A stretch of DNA of 28,253 nt, from positions 1-28,253 of the IMG/VR virus record IMGVR_UViG_3300027563_000034. One strand, written 5' to 3'. The stretch is from a virus. Lineage: Duplodnaviria; Caudoviricetes. Positions 17,693-25,964 of this stretch are shown here, one piece after another. The notes beneath the pieces were generated by a model that was not told the DNA's origin, ran no database searches, and saw nothing but the letters and a program-made list of their open reading frames with translations. A program made the translations under genes and the position numbers. Position 1 is the first letter of the stretch. The number at the start of each line of letters is the position of its first letter.

Positions 17693-18190
17693 ATGGGATT
17701 AGATATGTATCTAAACGCAAGAAAGCACTTGGCCAAAGTTAATTGGCAAGTCCTACAGGATAATGATGAATTATCTTACAACTCACCTGAAGCGGTATAT
17801 CCTAAGTTTAATGACTTAATGGAAATCACACAACTCACAGAGGTAGCAACAGATATCTATGGAGCAAGCGTTGAGGTCACCTGTGCCTATTGGCGCAAGG
17901 CTAATCAGATACACAACTGGTTCGTCACAAATGTTCAAGGCGGTAATGATAACTGCGGTGAATACTATGTCTCACAAGACAAACTAACAGAACTAAAGGT
18001 TATCTGCGAACACGCACTTGAAACTAAGGACCCAAGCCTATTGCCACCACAAGAAGGATTTTTCTTTGGTGGAACAGATATTGATGAGTGGTATTGGAAC
18101 GACCTTACTAATACTATTACTCAGTTAGAGCGAGTCTTTGCTCTGCCTGAAGTAGATAAGTTATCATTCTATTACTCATCATCTTGGTAA
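17693..18190 (+). CDS. Conserved-looking phage protein (MGLDMYL...YWRKANQIHNWF...YYSSSW)
   Basis: Motif pattern; AAGGAG RBS; promoter at 17636-65. Confidence 0.75.
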   Translation: MGLDMYLNARKHLAKVNWQVLQDNDELSYNSPEAVYPKFNDLMEITQLTEVATDIYGASVEVTCAYWRKANQIHNWFVTNVQGGNDNCGEYYVSQDKLTELKVICEHALETKDPSLLPPQEGFFFGGTDIDEWYWNDLTNTITQLERVFALPEVDKLSFYYSSSW

Positions 18191-18252
18191 TTGACAAATG
18201 TCAGTGGCCGACGGTACAATTAAACTAACCAACTAACAGAAAGAGGCCCCTT

Positions 18253-18681
18253 ATGGACCAGCAAGTAAGCACACCAGCACCAACAGTTAATGAAACACAA
18301 GAATTTCTTCGTGACTCTTTAGCCAAGACAACATTGCGTGTAACACAATTAGAAGAGCACATCCAAAAAGTAACACAACGTTCATATGCAGATTCTGCAG
18401 AACGCAACCGTATGGTTGAGGGAATGAAAGAATGGACCCTTAGCGAATTATCAGATGAAAGCATAACAGAAGAGCAAGCGGAAGCAATTGCTGAAATTAT
18501 GGGCTTTGAATTAACAACAGAATTCGAAGTTGAAGTTACAGTTATGTATTCAGTGACCGTTAATGCACGTGATGAAGAGTCTGCACAGAATGCAATTCAC
18601 GATATTGATTTTGATACTGTTCAATACAACTCAGATAATATTTCTTGGTTGTCTTCATCTATTGATAGAATAGATATTTAG
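18253..18681 (+). CDS. Hypothetical acidic protein
   Basis: 142-aa ORF; promoter at 18191-220. Confidence 0.7.
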   Translation: MDQQVSTPAPTVNETQEFLRDSLAKTTLRVTQLEEHIQKVTQRSYADSAERNRMVEGMKEWTLSELSDESITEEQAEAIAEIMGFELTTEFEVEVTVMYSVTVNARDEESAQNAIHDIDFDTVQYNSDNISWLSSSIDRIDI

Positions 18682-18694
18682 TAGGGGGCTACTA

Positions 18695-18724
18695 ATAAAC
18701 CTGAGCACGTTTATAAACTGCTCA
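18695..18724 (+). ncRNA. Pseudoknot motif, copy 4
   Basis: ATAAAC-CTGAGCAC-GTTTAT-AAAC-TGCTCA. Confidence 0.65.
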
Positions 18725-18891
18725 CTTTTAATTCCCTTAAATTTTTGCTAGGGCGCCTGTGATAAATATCACATATGTTTAAGATCACATTTACAAAATG
18801 TCCGAATTGCCCTATGTCTAACTATCTCGATTTGCTTATGTCAGCCAGTCCTGCTATACTTGAAATATCAACAACAGAAAGAAGGAAAATC

Positions 18892-19914
18892 GTGGCTCAC
18901 GACTTAGAAACACAAAACGGCAAAACCTCATTCGCCTCATTTAGAGAACCTGCTTGGCACGGATTAGGTACAGTATTTACAGAAGAAAAAACAACGGCAG
19001 AAATGCTATCAGCAGCAAATCTTAATGGGTGGAATGTTCGCCTTGAAGATTTAGAAGCACCAACACATCTAACAAGCGACAAGGCATACCAATATGTTTT
19101 GCGTACTAACCCAACAGATACAACTCAGACCGACATTCTTGGAATTGTTGGAGAACGCTATCACCCATTACAGAATGAAGATTTATTCTCATTTGGTGAT
19201 AATATTCTTGATGGTGGTGGACGATGGGAAACCGCAGGTTCAATTAAGGGTGGTCGTGTTGTATTCGGTGCGCTTGCTTTAGAGCGTGAAACAATTCTTG
19301 ACCCTAATGGTGTAAGCGATAAGGTAAAAACTTATTTGCTAATTAACACATCTCACGATGGTTCAATCGCTATTCAAGCAAGCATTACACCTGTTCGTGT
19401 TGTGTGCGCTAACACTCTTAACCTTGCGCTTGGTGGCGTAGGTCGTAAGAAGAACAAGGGAATCAAGCAATCTTTCAAGATTCGCCACACTCAAACTGCT
19501 AACGGCAAAGTACAAATTGCTCGTGAAACTCTTGGGCTTGCCAATGCTTATATGGACGAATTTGATATTATGGCTAAGGCTATGATTGAAAAAGAAGTTA
19601 GTGCGATTGATTTTAATAAAATCATTCTTGCTGCTTATGCTAAGCCAGAAAAAGATTCTAAGGGTTCAATGAAAAAGTGGGAAAATAAAGTTGATGTTAT
19701 CAACGATATTTACACTGGTGAATTTAACGGAATGATTGCTGGTAATGCGTGGGGTGCTTTCAATGCGCTAACCGAACGCCTTGACTGGTATCGTTCTGCT
19801 CGTGGTGGTTCTAACGAATCCATTCTCGCAAGCGCAAGCGGATTTGACCCTGCTATCAACGCAGAAAAAAATCGTTTGCTAAAAGTTGTACAAAATGTTA
19901 TGTCCTTAGCATAA
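18892..19914 (+). CDS. DUF932 / TIGR03299-type phage/plasmid protein
   Basis: MAH...PAWHGLG, ETAGSIKGGRVVF, NTSHDGS, TPVRVVCANTL, IRHT, AWGAFNALTE. GTG start with a GAAGGA RBS. Confidence 0.85.
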   Translation: MAHDLETQNGKTSFASFREPAWHGLGTVFTEEKTTAEMLSAANLNGWNVRLEDLEAPTHLTSDKAYQYVLRTNPTDTTQTDILGIVGERYHPLQNEDLFSFGDNILDGGGRWETAGSIKGGRVVFGALALERETILDPNGVSDKVKTYLLINTSHDGSIAIQASITPVRVVCANTLNLALGGVGRKKNKGIKQSFKIRHTQTANGKVQIARETLGLANAYMDEFDIMAKAMIEKEVSAIDFNKIILAAYAKPEKDSKGSMKKWENKVDVINDIYTGEFNGMIAGNAWGAFNALTERLDWYRSARGGSNESILASASGFDPAINAEKNRLLKVVQNVMSLA

Positions 19915-19921
19915 CAAAAAA

Positions 19922-19949
19922 ATTCCTGAGCAAGAATAAAAACTGCTCG
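19922..19949 (+). ncRNA. Pseudoknot motif, copy 5
   Basis: ATTC-CTGAGCAA-GAAT-AAAAAC-TGCTCG; ends 3 nt before the tRNA. Confidence 0.65.
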
Positions 19950-19952
19950 CAC

Positions 19953-20026
19953 GGAGTGTTAGCATAGTTGGTTAATGCGCTACCCTGTCACGGTAGAGAT
20001 CACGGGTTCAAGTCCCGTACACTTCG
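19953..20026 (+). tRNA. tRNA-Asp(GTC), CCA not encoded
   Basis: Acceptor stem GGAGTGT/ACACTTC; D arm GCA..TGC; anticodon arm CTACC-CTGTCAC-GGTAG; T arm ACGGG-TTCAAGT-CCCGT; G discriminator. Confidence 0.93.
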
Positions 20027-20184
20027 CAAAATTTCCTAGCAAAAATATTTCTAGCGGTGTGACATTTATCACATTCTTTATTAAGATGATCAATAATATT
20101 TCCCTGATTTAGGATTAAGATAGAGTTGACATTTCCCCAAAACTCTGTCATACTTGGTATATAACCCACAAAAAAAGGAAAGAA

Positions 20185-21128
20185 ATGACTCAGACCATAG
20201 AAGACCCAACCCTATACGCAGACTACTACTCTTGCGACCTTGCTATCTCTATTACAAATATCAAGGCTAAGAACAGACACCACGCAGAAGCCGTTATGCA
20301 AACCTTCATAGATGAAATCGGTAAAATTATGACCGATGAACTTAGTTGGGATGACGCTCAATGGGATGTAGAGGAAAATGTATTCCTACCTGAACTTGGT
20401 GAGTGGTATACAAAATGATTACATCACAAGAACTAATTGATTATATGTATGATGACAACTTGGCACATTTTGATGACAGAGATACATCAGATGATTGTGA
20501 TTGCTATATTCACATAACACTTAATACTATGATTAAATATATGGAGGCAATTGAATGTTAGGCTATACTGAAACTGATATTGCGGTAATGACAGATGCTA
20601 TGGAAGATGCTATCAAATCAGGTAGACTGTCTTCTGAAGTAACAGATGGTTTGGAGAAGGCTATGTCCTTCTTTGATGGCCTATGGTCAGAAGGGTACTT
20701 TGACTAATGCATAATCATTATTGGGAATGTGATGATGTACCAGGATATTTTTACTGTGCCTGCGGAGTTACGGCTATCCATAACAGAGAAACAGGATTGA
20801 AGGACATCCATGACTAAAGAAGATATGATTGTTGTATGTGAACAGGCTATTGATGCCTTAGAAGAAGTTCGTGCCTATTTAGTTAATCAAGGAGATTAGT
20901 ATGTGGAGTAAGTATACATTTGTTTGTGACCCTGATGAGTGTGATGCTCTTCTTGAGTTTACCGCCAGGGATGACTATGGATTCCCCAGGGGATCTGTAG
21001 AGATGACCTGCCCATGTGGTAGGAAGATGGCTTATATTGGTTATGATGACGCTTGGGGACCTATCTTCCCTGTGACCAACATCACACCGCGTGAAGTTGT
21101 AAAAATCAACACCAACCCGTATAATTAA
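20185..21128 (+). CDS. Six coupled small ORFs: 20185-20418, 20415-20561, 20555-20707, 20707-20817, 20810-20899, 20901-21128
   Basis: Overlapping start and stop codons with RBSs. Upstream cassette has CCTAGC 20035, Crp-type box 20058 and TTGACA 20127. Confidence 0.6.
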
Positions 21129-21131
21129 TAT

Positions 21132-21284
21132 ATGGACCTAAATACATTCAGAGAATATATCAGACTACACGCCATATCCCTTGAACAGGATTTGGAAAAC
21201 GAGGACGGTGCTGATAGCATTGTTCCTTACCTTGAAGGAGCCATTCATGTCTCTAAGCATTATTTGGAGGTAGTCAGTGAATAG
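21132..21284 (+). CDS. 50-aa hypothetical protein
   Basis: Leaderless (TATAAT-N6-ATG); Crp-type box at 21071 upstream. Confidence 0.55.
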   Translation: MDLNTFREYIRLHAISLEQDLENEDGADSIVPYLEGAIHVSKHYLEVVSE

Positions 21285-21561
21285 TACAGACCTTGACCCA
21301 TACCTAATGAAATTAGTAGAACTTGGTATGGACGGAGCAGATATCCTGCACGGTCACCTTAAAGTTTTAATGGTTGAGGCAGAAGCAATCCTTGACCGTT
21401 GTATTGACGCAGAGGAGTACTCAGAGGACGCAATGGACTCAATGGCTCGTACAGAGGCTACAGGATACTTAGACGCCCTTACTGAGGTCTATGCACTAAC
21501 ATATGCTATTGCATTTGCCAAGGAAGAAGTAAAGAACCGTAAGGAGATTCTTGGTGAATAA
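21277..21561 (+). CDS. Hypothetical protein
   Basis: GTG start with a GGAGG RBS. Confidence 0.65.
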   Translation: MNSTDLDPYLMKLVELGMDGADILHGHLKVLMVEAEAILDRCIDAEEYSEDAMDSMARTEATGYLDALTEVYALTYAIAFAKEEVKNRKEILGE

Positions 21562-21991
21562 TTTTATTGAACTTACCTTTGATGAGTGGTGTGACATATA
21601 CAAACCAATCAAGAATCATATAGATACAAATGCCTCCTTTGACGGAGAGATGTTTGAAACCTATGGCGATGAGGTTGAGTTTGTAAAGCAGCAGGACCCT
21701 GCCTACATATGGATGTATGGCGACGGTGATGACGGTGGTTCTTATATCTGGAATGGTTGGCATTTTGTCAATCGAATAGGATACTTTATCACTTCTGTCC
21801 CCTGCCCTCCTGACACGACCATTCAGGTCTTGGTCAGTCATAACTGGTTCTACTGTGAGAACTGCAGCGCCGAGTTTGAAGACCCTGATAATATAATCAG
21901 AGATAAGTTTGATGAGGCCGATTTGGAAAAATGTCCTAATTGTGCTACACTTGAAGAACTACTACTAATAGAAACGGATACCCCACAATGA
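21551..21991 (+). CDS. Hypothetical protein with a C-terminal Zn ribbon
   Basis: MFETYG...GWHFVNRIGY; CENC...CPNC. Confidence 0.7.
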   Translation: MVNNFIELTFDEWCDIYKPIKNHIDTNASFDGEMFETYGDEVEFVKQQDPAYIWMYGDGDDGGSYIWNGWHFVNRIGYFITSVPCPPDTTIQVLVSHNWFYCENCSAEFEDPDNIIRDKFDEADLEKCPNCATLEELLLIETDTPQ

Positions 21992-22308
21992 AACAACTAA
22001 TAGGCTATTTTGCTGTTGACTCAGGTCAAGCAATGATTGGCGACCCTTGCTACTTAGAGCAGTGGAAGCCTTGGGAGTCAGATAAGATTGATTTTGATGA
22101 ACACCATAACAAGGTAGGCGAGTATGGTTACCTTGGTGCTTGTAACGCTACCCTAACTAAGGGATACGGCGAACTAAATAAAGGCTCAGGTGTTGTATTT
22201 AACACAGGGTACGGTGACGGAATGTATCCTGTATACGCTGAAATAGAAGACGGCAGAGTACATAGTGTAACTGTTAACTTTGTTAATGATGAGGATGACG
22301 ACAACTAA
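21988..22308 (+). CDS. DUF4241-like protein
   Basis: FAVDSG...DPCY...TGYGDGMYPVY. Confidence 0.55.
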   Translation: MKQLIGYFAVDSGQAMIGDPCYLEQWKPWESDKIDFDEHHNKVGEYGYLGACNATLTKGYGELNKGSGVVFNTGYGDGMYPVYAEIEDGRVHSVTVNFVNDEDDDN

Positions 22309-22309
22309 T

Positions 22310-22449
22310 GGGACCAAGATCATTAATGCATACGCCCCACAAAATGTAAGCGCTTAGGCGCCTTCAAATCAGGGGTTTGGTCACTTCCTGATTAACTAAA
22401 TAAAGATAGGGCTGGCGTGACTGTGGGGGTTGCGCCACCCTGTCCTTTA
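22310..22449 (+). ncRNA. Candidate double-pseudoknot structured RNA
   Basis: Two hairpins whose loops (TTGGTC, TGTGGGG) are exactly complementary to upstream GACCAA (22312) and CCCCACA (22335). Confidence 0.4.
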
Positions 22450-22477
22450 GGGTATAATGAATTGAGAGGAGTATGCT

Positions 22478-22720
22478 ATGGCGTACAGTATAAGAAAGTC
22501 ACAACATACCCCTGCCTCACGACTGGCAGAGAGGTTAGCAAGGTTATTGACAGAAGATTTTTCTATTGACTTGGAACAGGTGGGAATGTATTTAGTACAG
22601 AACCACCCAGCCATTGTCTTTAATAGATTTGATGTCCTTGCCTTGACCGCACAAGAAGAGTATGATAGAATTATGACAGTGAACTTTGGAGAGGACTACG
22701 ATGATAGATTTCGCAAATAA
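22478..22720 (+). CDS. Hypothetical protein
   Basis: GAGGAG RBS; TATAAT at 22453. Confidence 0.65.
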   Translation: MAYSIRKSQHTPASRLAERLARLLTEDFSIDLEQVGMYLVQNHPAIVFNRFDVLALTAQEEYDRIMTVNFGEDYDDRFRK

Positions 22721-22985
22721 GGCAGGTATCTTGGGACAGTTTTGGATTGAGTTCCGAGATGACGAGGATATGAAAAACTTTATAGAGTTCAACGATGTTG
22801 GGCTACCTCTTGGATATTTTATTGCTGAGGGTTTAGTAAAAGAAACACCAATGGCAGAAACATTTATCTTAGAGACATTTGATCTGTTGCTAAAAGCATT
22901 AGAGGTTACAGAAGAGGAACTTGAAGGAGTTACTAATATGAACGAACTAATGGCGTATGTAGAAGAGAACCGACCAGAAGAATAA
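22701..22985 (+). CDS. Hypothetical phage protein (F.EFNDVGLPLGY)
   Basis: GAGGA RBS. Confidence 0.7.
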   Translation: MIDFANKAGILGQFWIEFRDDEDMKNFIEFNDVGLPLGYFIAEGLVKETPMAETFILETFDLLLKALEVTEEELEGVTNMNELMAYVEENRPEE

Positions 22986-22994
22986 TTTGTAGAC

Positions 22995-23024
22995 AGGGAG
23001 CGCTTGCATAAGGGTGCTCCCTTT
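22995..23024 (+). terminator. GC-rich hairpin / terminator
   Basis: AGGGAGCGC...GTGCTCCCT just after the stop codon. Confidence 0.55.
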
Positions 23025-23200
23025 CGCATGCAAAAAAGCGCTAGAATTTTGATATGATACCATAGACAAACCATTTTGTCAAACCTTATTACGATCCAAT
23101 CCAAAAAAGTCCCTGAAGTTCCTAGCATATCAAACCACATTTATCAAACCTTATTACGAACGACATCAGAATTTTCCTAAATCGTGATATAATGGTTTGT

Positions 23201-23452
23201 ATGACTCCAAGACACTTTGCAGCATATGCTAAAAGAGATCCTAAAGGATATCAGGCATTCTCTGATTCTATGTGGAACTCCTTTGTTGGTGTTACTCACC
23301 TTATAGGTTTGTCTAAGTTCTTTTCTTTCACTCCCGCCCTAGAAATCATTAATGATCCTATCAAAGACGGCGAAGCCGTGGGCGTAGCCCTTGGAGAGAT
23401 CTACCAATTTTCCAAGGGGATTCAAATAGATACACCAAACCACCCCCTATAG
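23201..23452 (+). CDS. Hypothetical protein
   Basis: Leaderless (TGATATAAT-N7-ATG). Confidence 0.5.
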   Translation: MTPRHFAAYAKRDPKGYQAFSDSMWNSFVGVTHLIGLSKFFSFTPALEIINDPIKDGEAVGVALGEIYQFSKGIQIDTPNHPL

Positions 23453-23526
23453 AATAACAAACCTTTTCTCCTGGTTTTCTTTAAATACTATAAAGGTTTG
23501 TTAAAAAAAGATTACGATTATCGACA

Positions 23527-23556
23527 ATTTCTCCCTGGTTTTGGGAGATTTTTTTT
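23527..23556 (+). terminator. Intrinsic terminator
   Basis: TCTCCC-TGGTTTT-GGGAGA followed by T8. Confidence 0.6.
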
Positions 23557-23951
23557 GCATCAAATGGGCTTGACAAACCATACAAGATAGGATACAATGC
23601 CCAAACCATGCATATGAAGGTTTGACAGATATGAAGGTTTGCGATATAATCCCGCTATGAAGGTTTGGGGAAAGAAGGTTTGAGGTTTGGGATTACGACG
23701 CCCCTTCATATAAATGCTCCATTCTCCACTATCCTCCACTTCACTCCACTTCTACTCTGTTTAACTATATAATCAGTAACATATTTCTGTGGATAAACCT
23801 GTGGATAACTATTACGAAAGGTACATTCCAAACCCTATTTCCTACTCAAATGTACCTTAACCTACCAATAGGTACATTGTCAAACCTGTGGATAACTTTT
23901 TTGCACGGAACCCATATTGACAAACCATCATAGCCTCTGTATACTTAGACT

Positions 23952-24449
23952 ATGCACATATTCAGAGTATCTCTATTAGATTACGCTACGGCATTTGATC
24001 TTGACATCTTTGCCTCAACTGAGAAAGAAGCCAGAGCAATGGCACAAGCAGAAGAGCCTAAGATGAATATTACCAAAGTGGTTTGTCTAACCACTATCGA
24101 GGCCATATGAAACTACACTATGGCAAGATGACCTCCAGTTACTCTCTTGGGGTATATCTGCATAACTGGGGCTATCCAGTTAAGCATGAATGGGAGATAG
24201 GCCTATATCTGTTTAAGTGGTATGTGGGTATAGACTTCTTTAAGGATTCTATATAGGGGATTACGAACACTTCTTTAATTCCCCCGAAATATATCAGTGT
24301 GTTATAATAAAAGTATGAATACAAGAGATTTAGAAAAATGTTATTATTGCGACAAAGACGCAATGTATAGCCAGTTAGTCGGCAAACCTGGAAACTACTC
24401 TGTTTCAGGTGTGTGTAAAGATCATCTGGTCATGGATTTAAATTCATAA
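23952..24449 (+). CDS. Three small ORFs: 23952-24110, 24107-24256, 24315-24449
   Basis: Leaderless starts at 23952 and 24315 (-10 hexamer-N6-ATG); ATGA coupling at 24107. Confidence 0.55.
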
Positions 24450-24485
24450 CTTGACCAAACCCTCAATCTAAGGTATACTGAATAT

Positions 24486-24716
24486 ATGGAACTGTTCATG
24501 AACAACTATGCCTCTTGGGTGCTTGCCGTTATTGGCGTTACAGGTATCTTCTTTGTTGGCCGTAAGACTATCTGGGGATGGTATGTCCTGTTGTTTAATG
24601 AATCCCTTTGGATAGCCTATGCTATATATACTGACCAATATGGTTTTATTTTCAGTGCCCTTGCATATGCAGCAGTCTACATTAAATCATATCTCCATTG
24701 GAAGCGTGAAGAATGA
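24486..24716 (+). CDS. Short PnuC-like (3-TM) membrane protein
   Basis: W...IG..G....GRK..WGW......LW..YA....QYG pattern. Confidence 0.55.
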   Translation: MELFMNNYASWVLAVIGVTGIFFVGRKTIWGWYVLLFNESLWIAYAIYTDQYGFIFSALAYAAVYIKSYLHWKREE

Positions 24717-25318
24717 AACCTCAAGAATGTCTAAAGTGTGAGATGAGTGTTAAAAATCCTTTGTTTTGGGAACTACATCAAACCATGACAGATGGTAGGG
24801 TATGGTGTGCTTATGCTAAGAAGTCTTGAAATACCTGATCCATTTCAAACCTTTGTAGCCAATAAATACGCCAATGCCAAAGGGTATGTTCATGACTGGT
24901 TTAGTGGTGAATGGTCTTATAGGTGTAGTACCTGTAGAGAAGATCTCTTTGGTCCGTCCCGCAAAATATTGACTAAGATTAGATTATTTCATACAAGAAA
25001 TGAGTGCTTAGGTGGCTACTGAACCAAAGATTACGAAGATGGATTGGCGTTCCCTGGGCTACTGGCCTGTGTGGAAAGATGGAAAGAAAGTATGGGTGCC
25101 ACAGGATGTCTCTAAAGATAGTGATTGAGAAATATACTCCTCCTAAAAAATCTAATGGTAGGTTAGTTAAGAATGAAAAGAAATTCTTTCTCCCCCCAAT
25201 TCCCTGGCACTGGAGCCTATATAATGGATTAAAGATTGTGTCTTTTGGCTATACCCACACAGAAGAAGATGCTAATAAGATGGCTAACGGAGCATTAAGG
25301 GACTATAACCGAAAGTGA
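24713..25318 (+). CDS. Four small ORFs: 24713-24829, 24813-25022, 25012-25128, 25106-25318
   Basis: Translated by hand; overlapping junctions. Confidence 0.5.
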
Positions 25319-25349
25319 GTCGTTAGACTCATAAGAAGGTCTATAACTT

Positions 25350-25928
25350 CTATTTTCCGCCGAACCTTAATTCATAATTTTTATCCTTAGTAAACCACAA
25401 AAGGACCGAGTACCTGTCTTCATTTATAAATTTTACTTCATGAAAAGATGTATTTTCCGCCGACTTAAATATAACTAAATCTCCAGACATAGGCATAATT
25501 TCCAGACTAAGGTACGGGAACTCCAATGGGCCAGAGTTGTTAGGAGTATTTAAGTACAATATAGCGCTGTATTCGTAATGATCATTAAACCCAGAGTCTG
25601 TGTCTAAGTGTCCACGAACTTGAGCGCCAGGTAATTGTTTTGCTAACCAGAACGATGAAAGATATAATTGTTGATTATCCTTAAATTCATATGATATAGA
25701 TTTTACTGAAAGATTAATAATTGTTTCTATTTTGTTTTGTATTTCGTCTATACCAGTAATAATTTTTGCTGATTGTTCTTTGTGAAATTTGTCATCTCCA
25801 AACATTTTTTGAAATCTTAGTCTTTTTGGTCCAGCAATAAAAGAATCTTGATTTTTGTTTATATAATTAATTATAAATTCAGCATCTTCATTGTTTATAG
25901 AATTTTTTAATACTCTTACTGGCTCCAT
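25350..25928 (-). CDS. 2OG-Fe(II) oxygenase (prolyl-4-hydroxylase-like)
   Basis: HLD...YSAILYLN...G.LEF...P..GDLVIF...HEV...RYS; leaderless start at 25928. Confidence 0.85.
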   Translation of the reverse strand: MEPVRVLKNSINNEDAEFIINYINKNQDSFIAGPKRLRFQKMFGDDKFHKEQSAKIITGIDEIQNKIETIINLSVKSISYEFKDNQQLYLSSFWLAKQLPGAQVRGHLDTDSGFNDHYEYSAILYLNTPNNSGPLEFPYLSLEIMPMSGDLVIFKSAENTSFHEVKFINEDRYSVLLWFTKDKNYELRFGGK

Positions 25929-25964
25929 ATTGACAAGTATAGCATGAAGTGGTATGATGTATAT

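Larger units (their letters stand above)
23040..23945. repeat. Repeat-rich region, candidate replication origin
   Basis: About 19 CAAACC/GGTTTG copies; 16-bp direct repeat at 23079 and 23144; DnaA boxes at 23788, 23800 and 23887; 10-bp-period CTCCACT repeats. Confidence 0.6.

Noticed and set aside
18775-18891. N-terminal extensions of DUF932 (also 25929-26042, 8480-8539, 27498-27560)
   Set aside because: They run through promoter elements or other ORFs; the downstream starts have an RBS, a leaderless promoter or coupling.
13949-19949. Pseudoknot motif as a hammerhead, HDV/theta ribozyme or preQ1 riboswitch
   Set aside because: It lacks the CUGAUGA/GAAA three-stem core and the nested HDV fold. 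It lies 3' of genes and 5' of the tRNA, and lacks the preQ1 conserved residues.
19953-20026. tRNA as a prophage attachment site
   Set aside because: No duplicated tRNA 3' end and no integrase; phage-like genes continue on both sides.
24224-24233. GTGGGTATAG as the target of the 8.5-kb hairpin loop
   Set aside because: A single 10-nt match inside a coding region, which could be chance.
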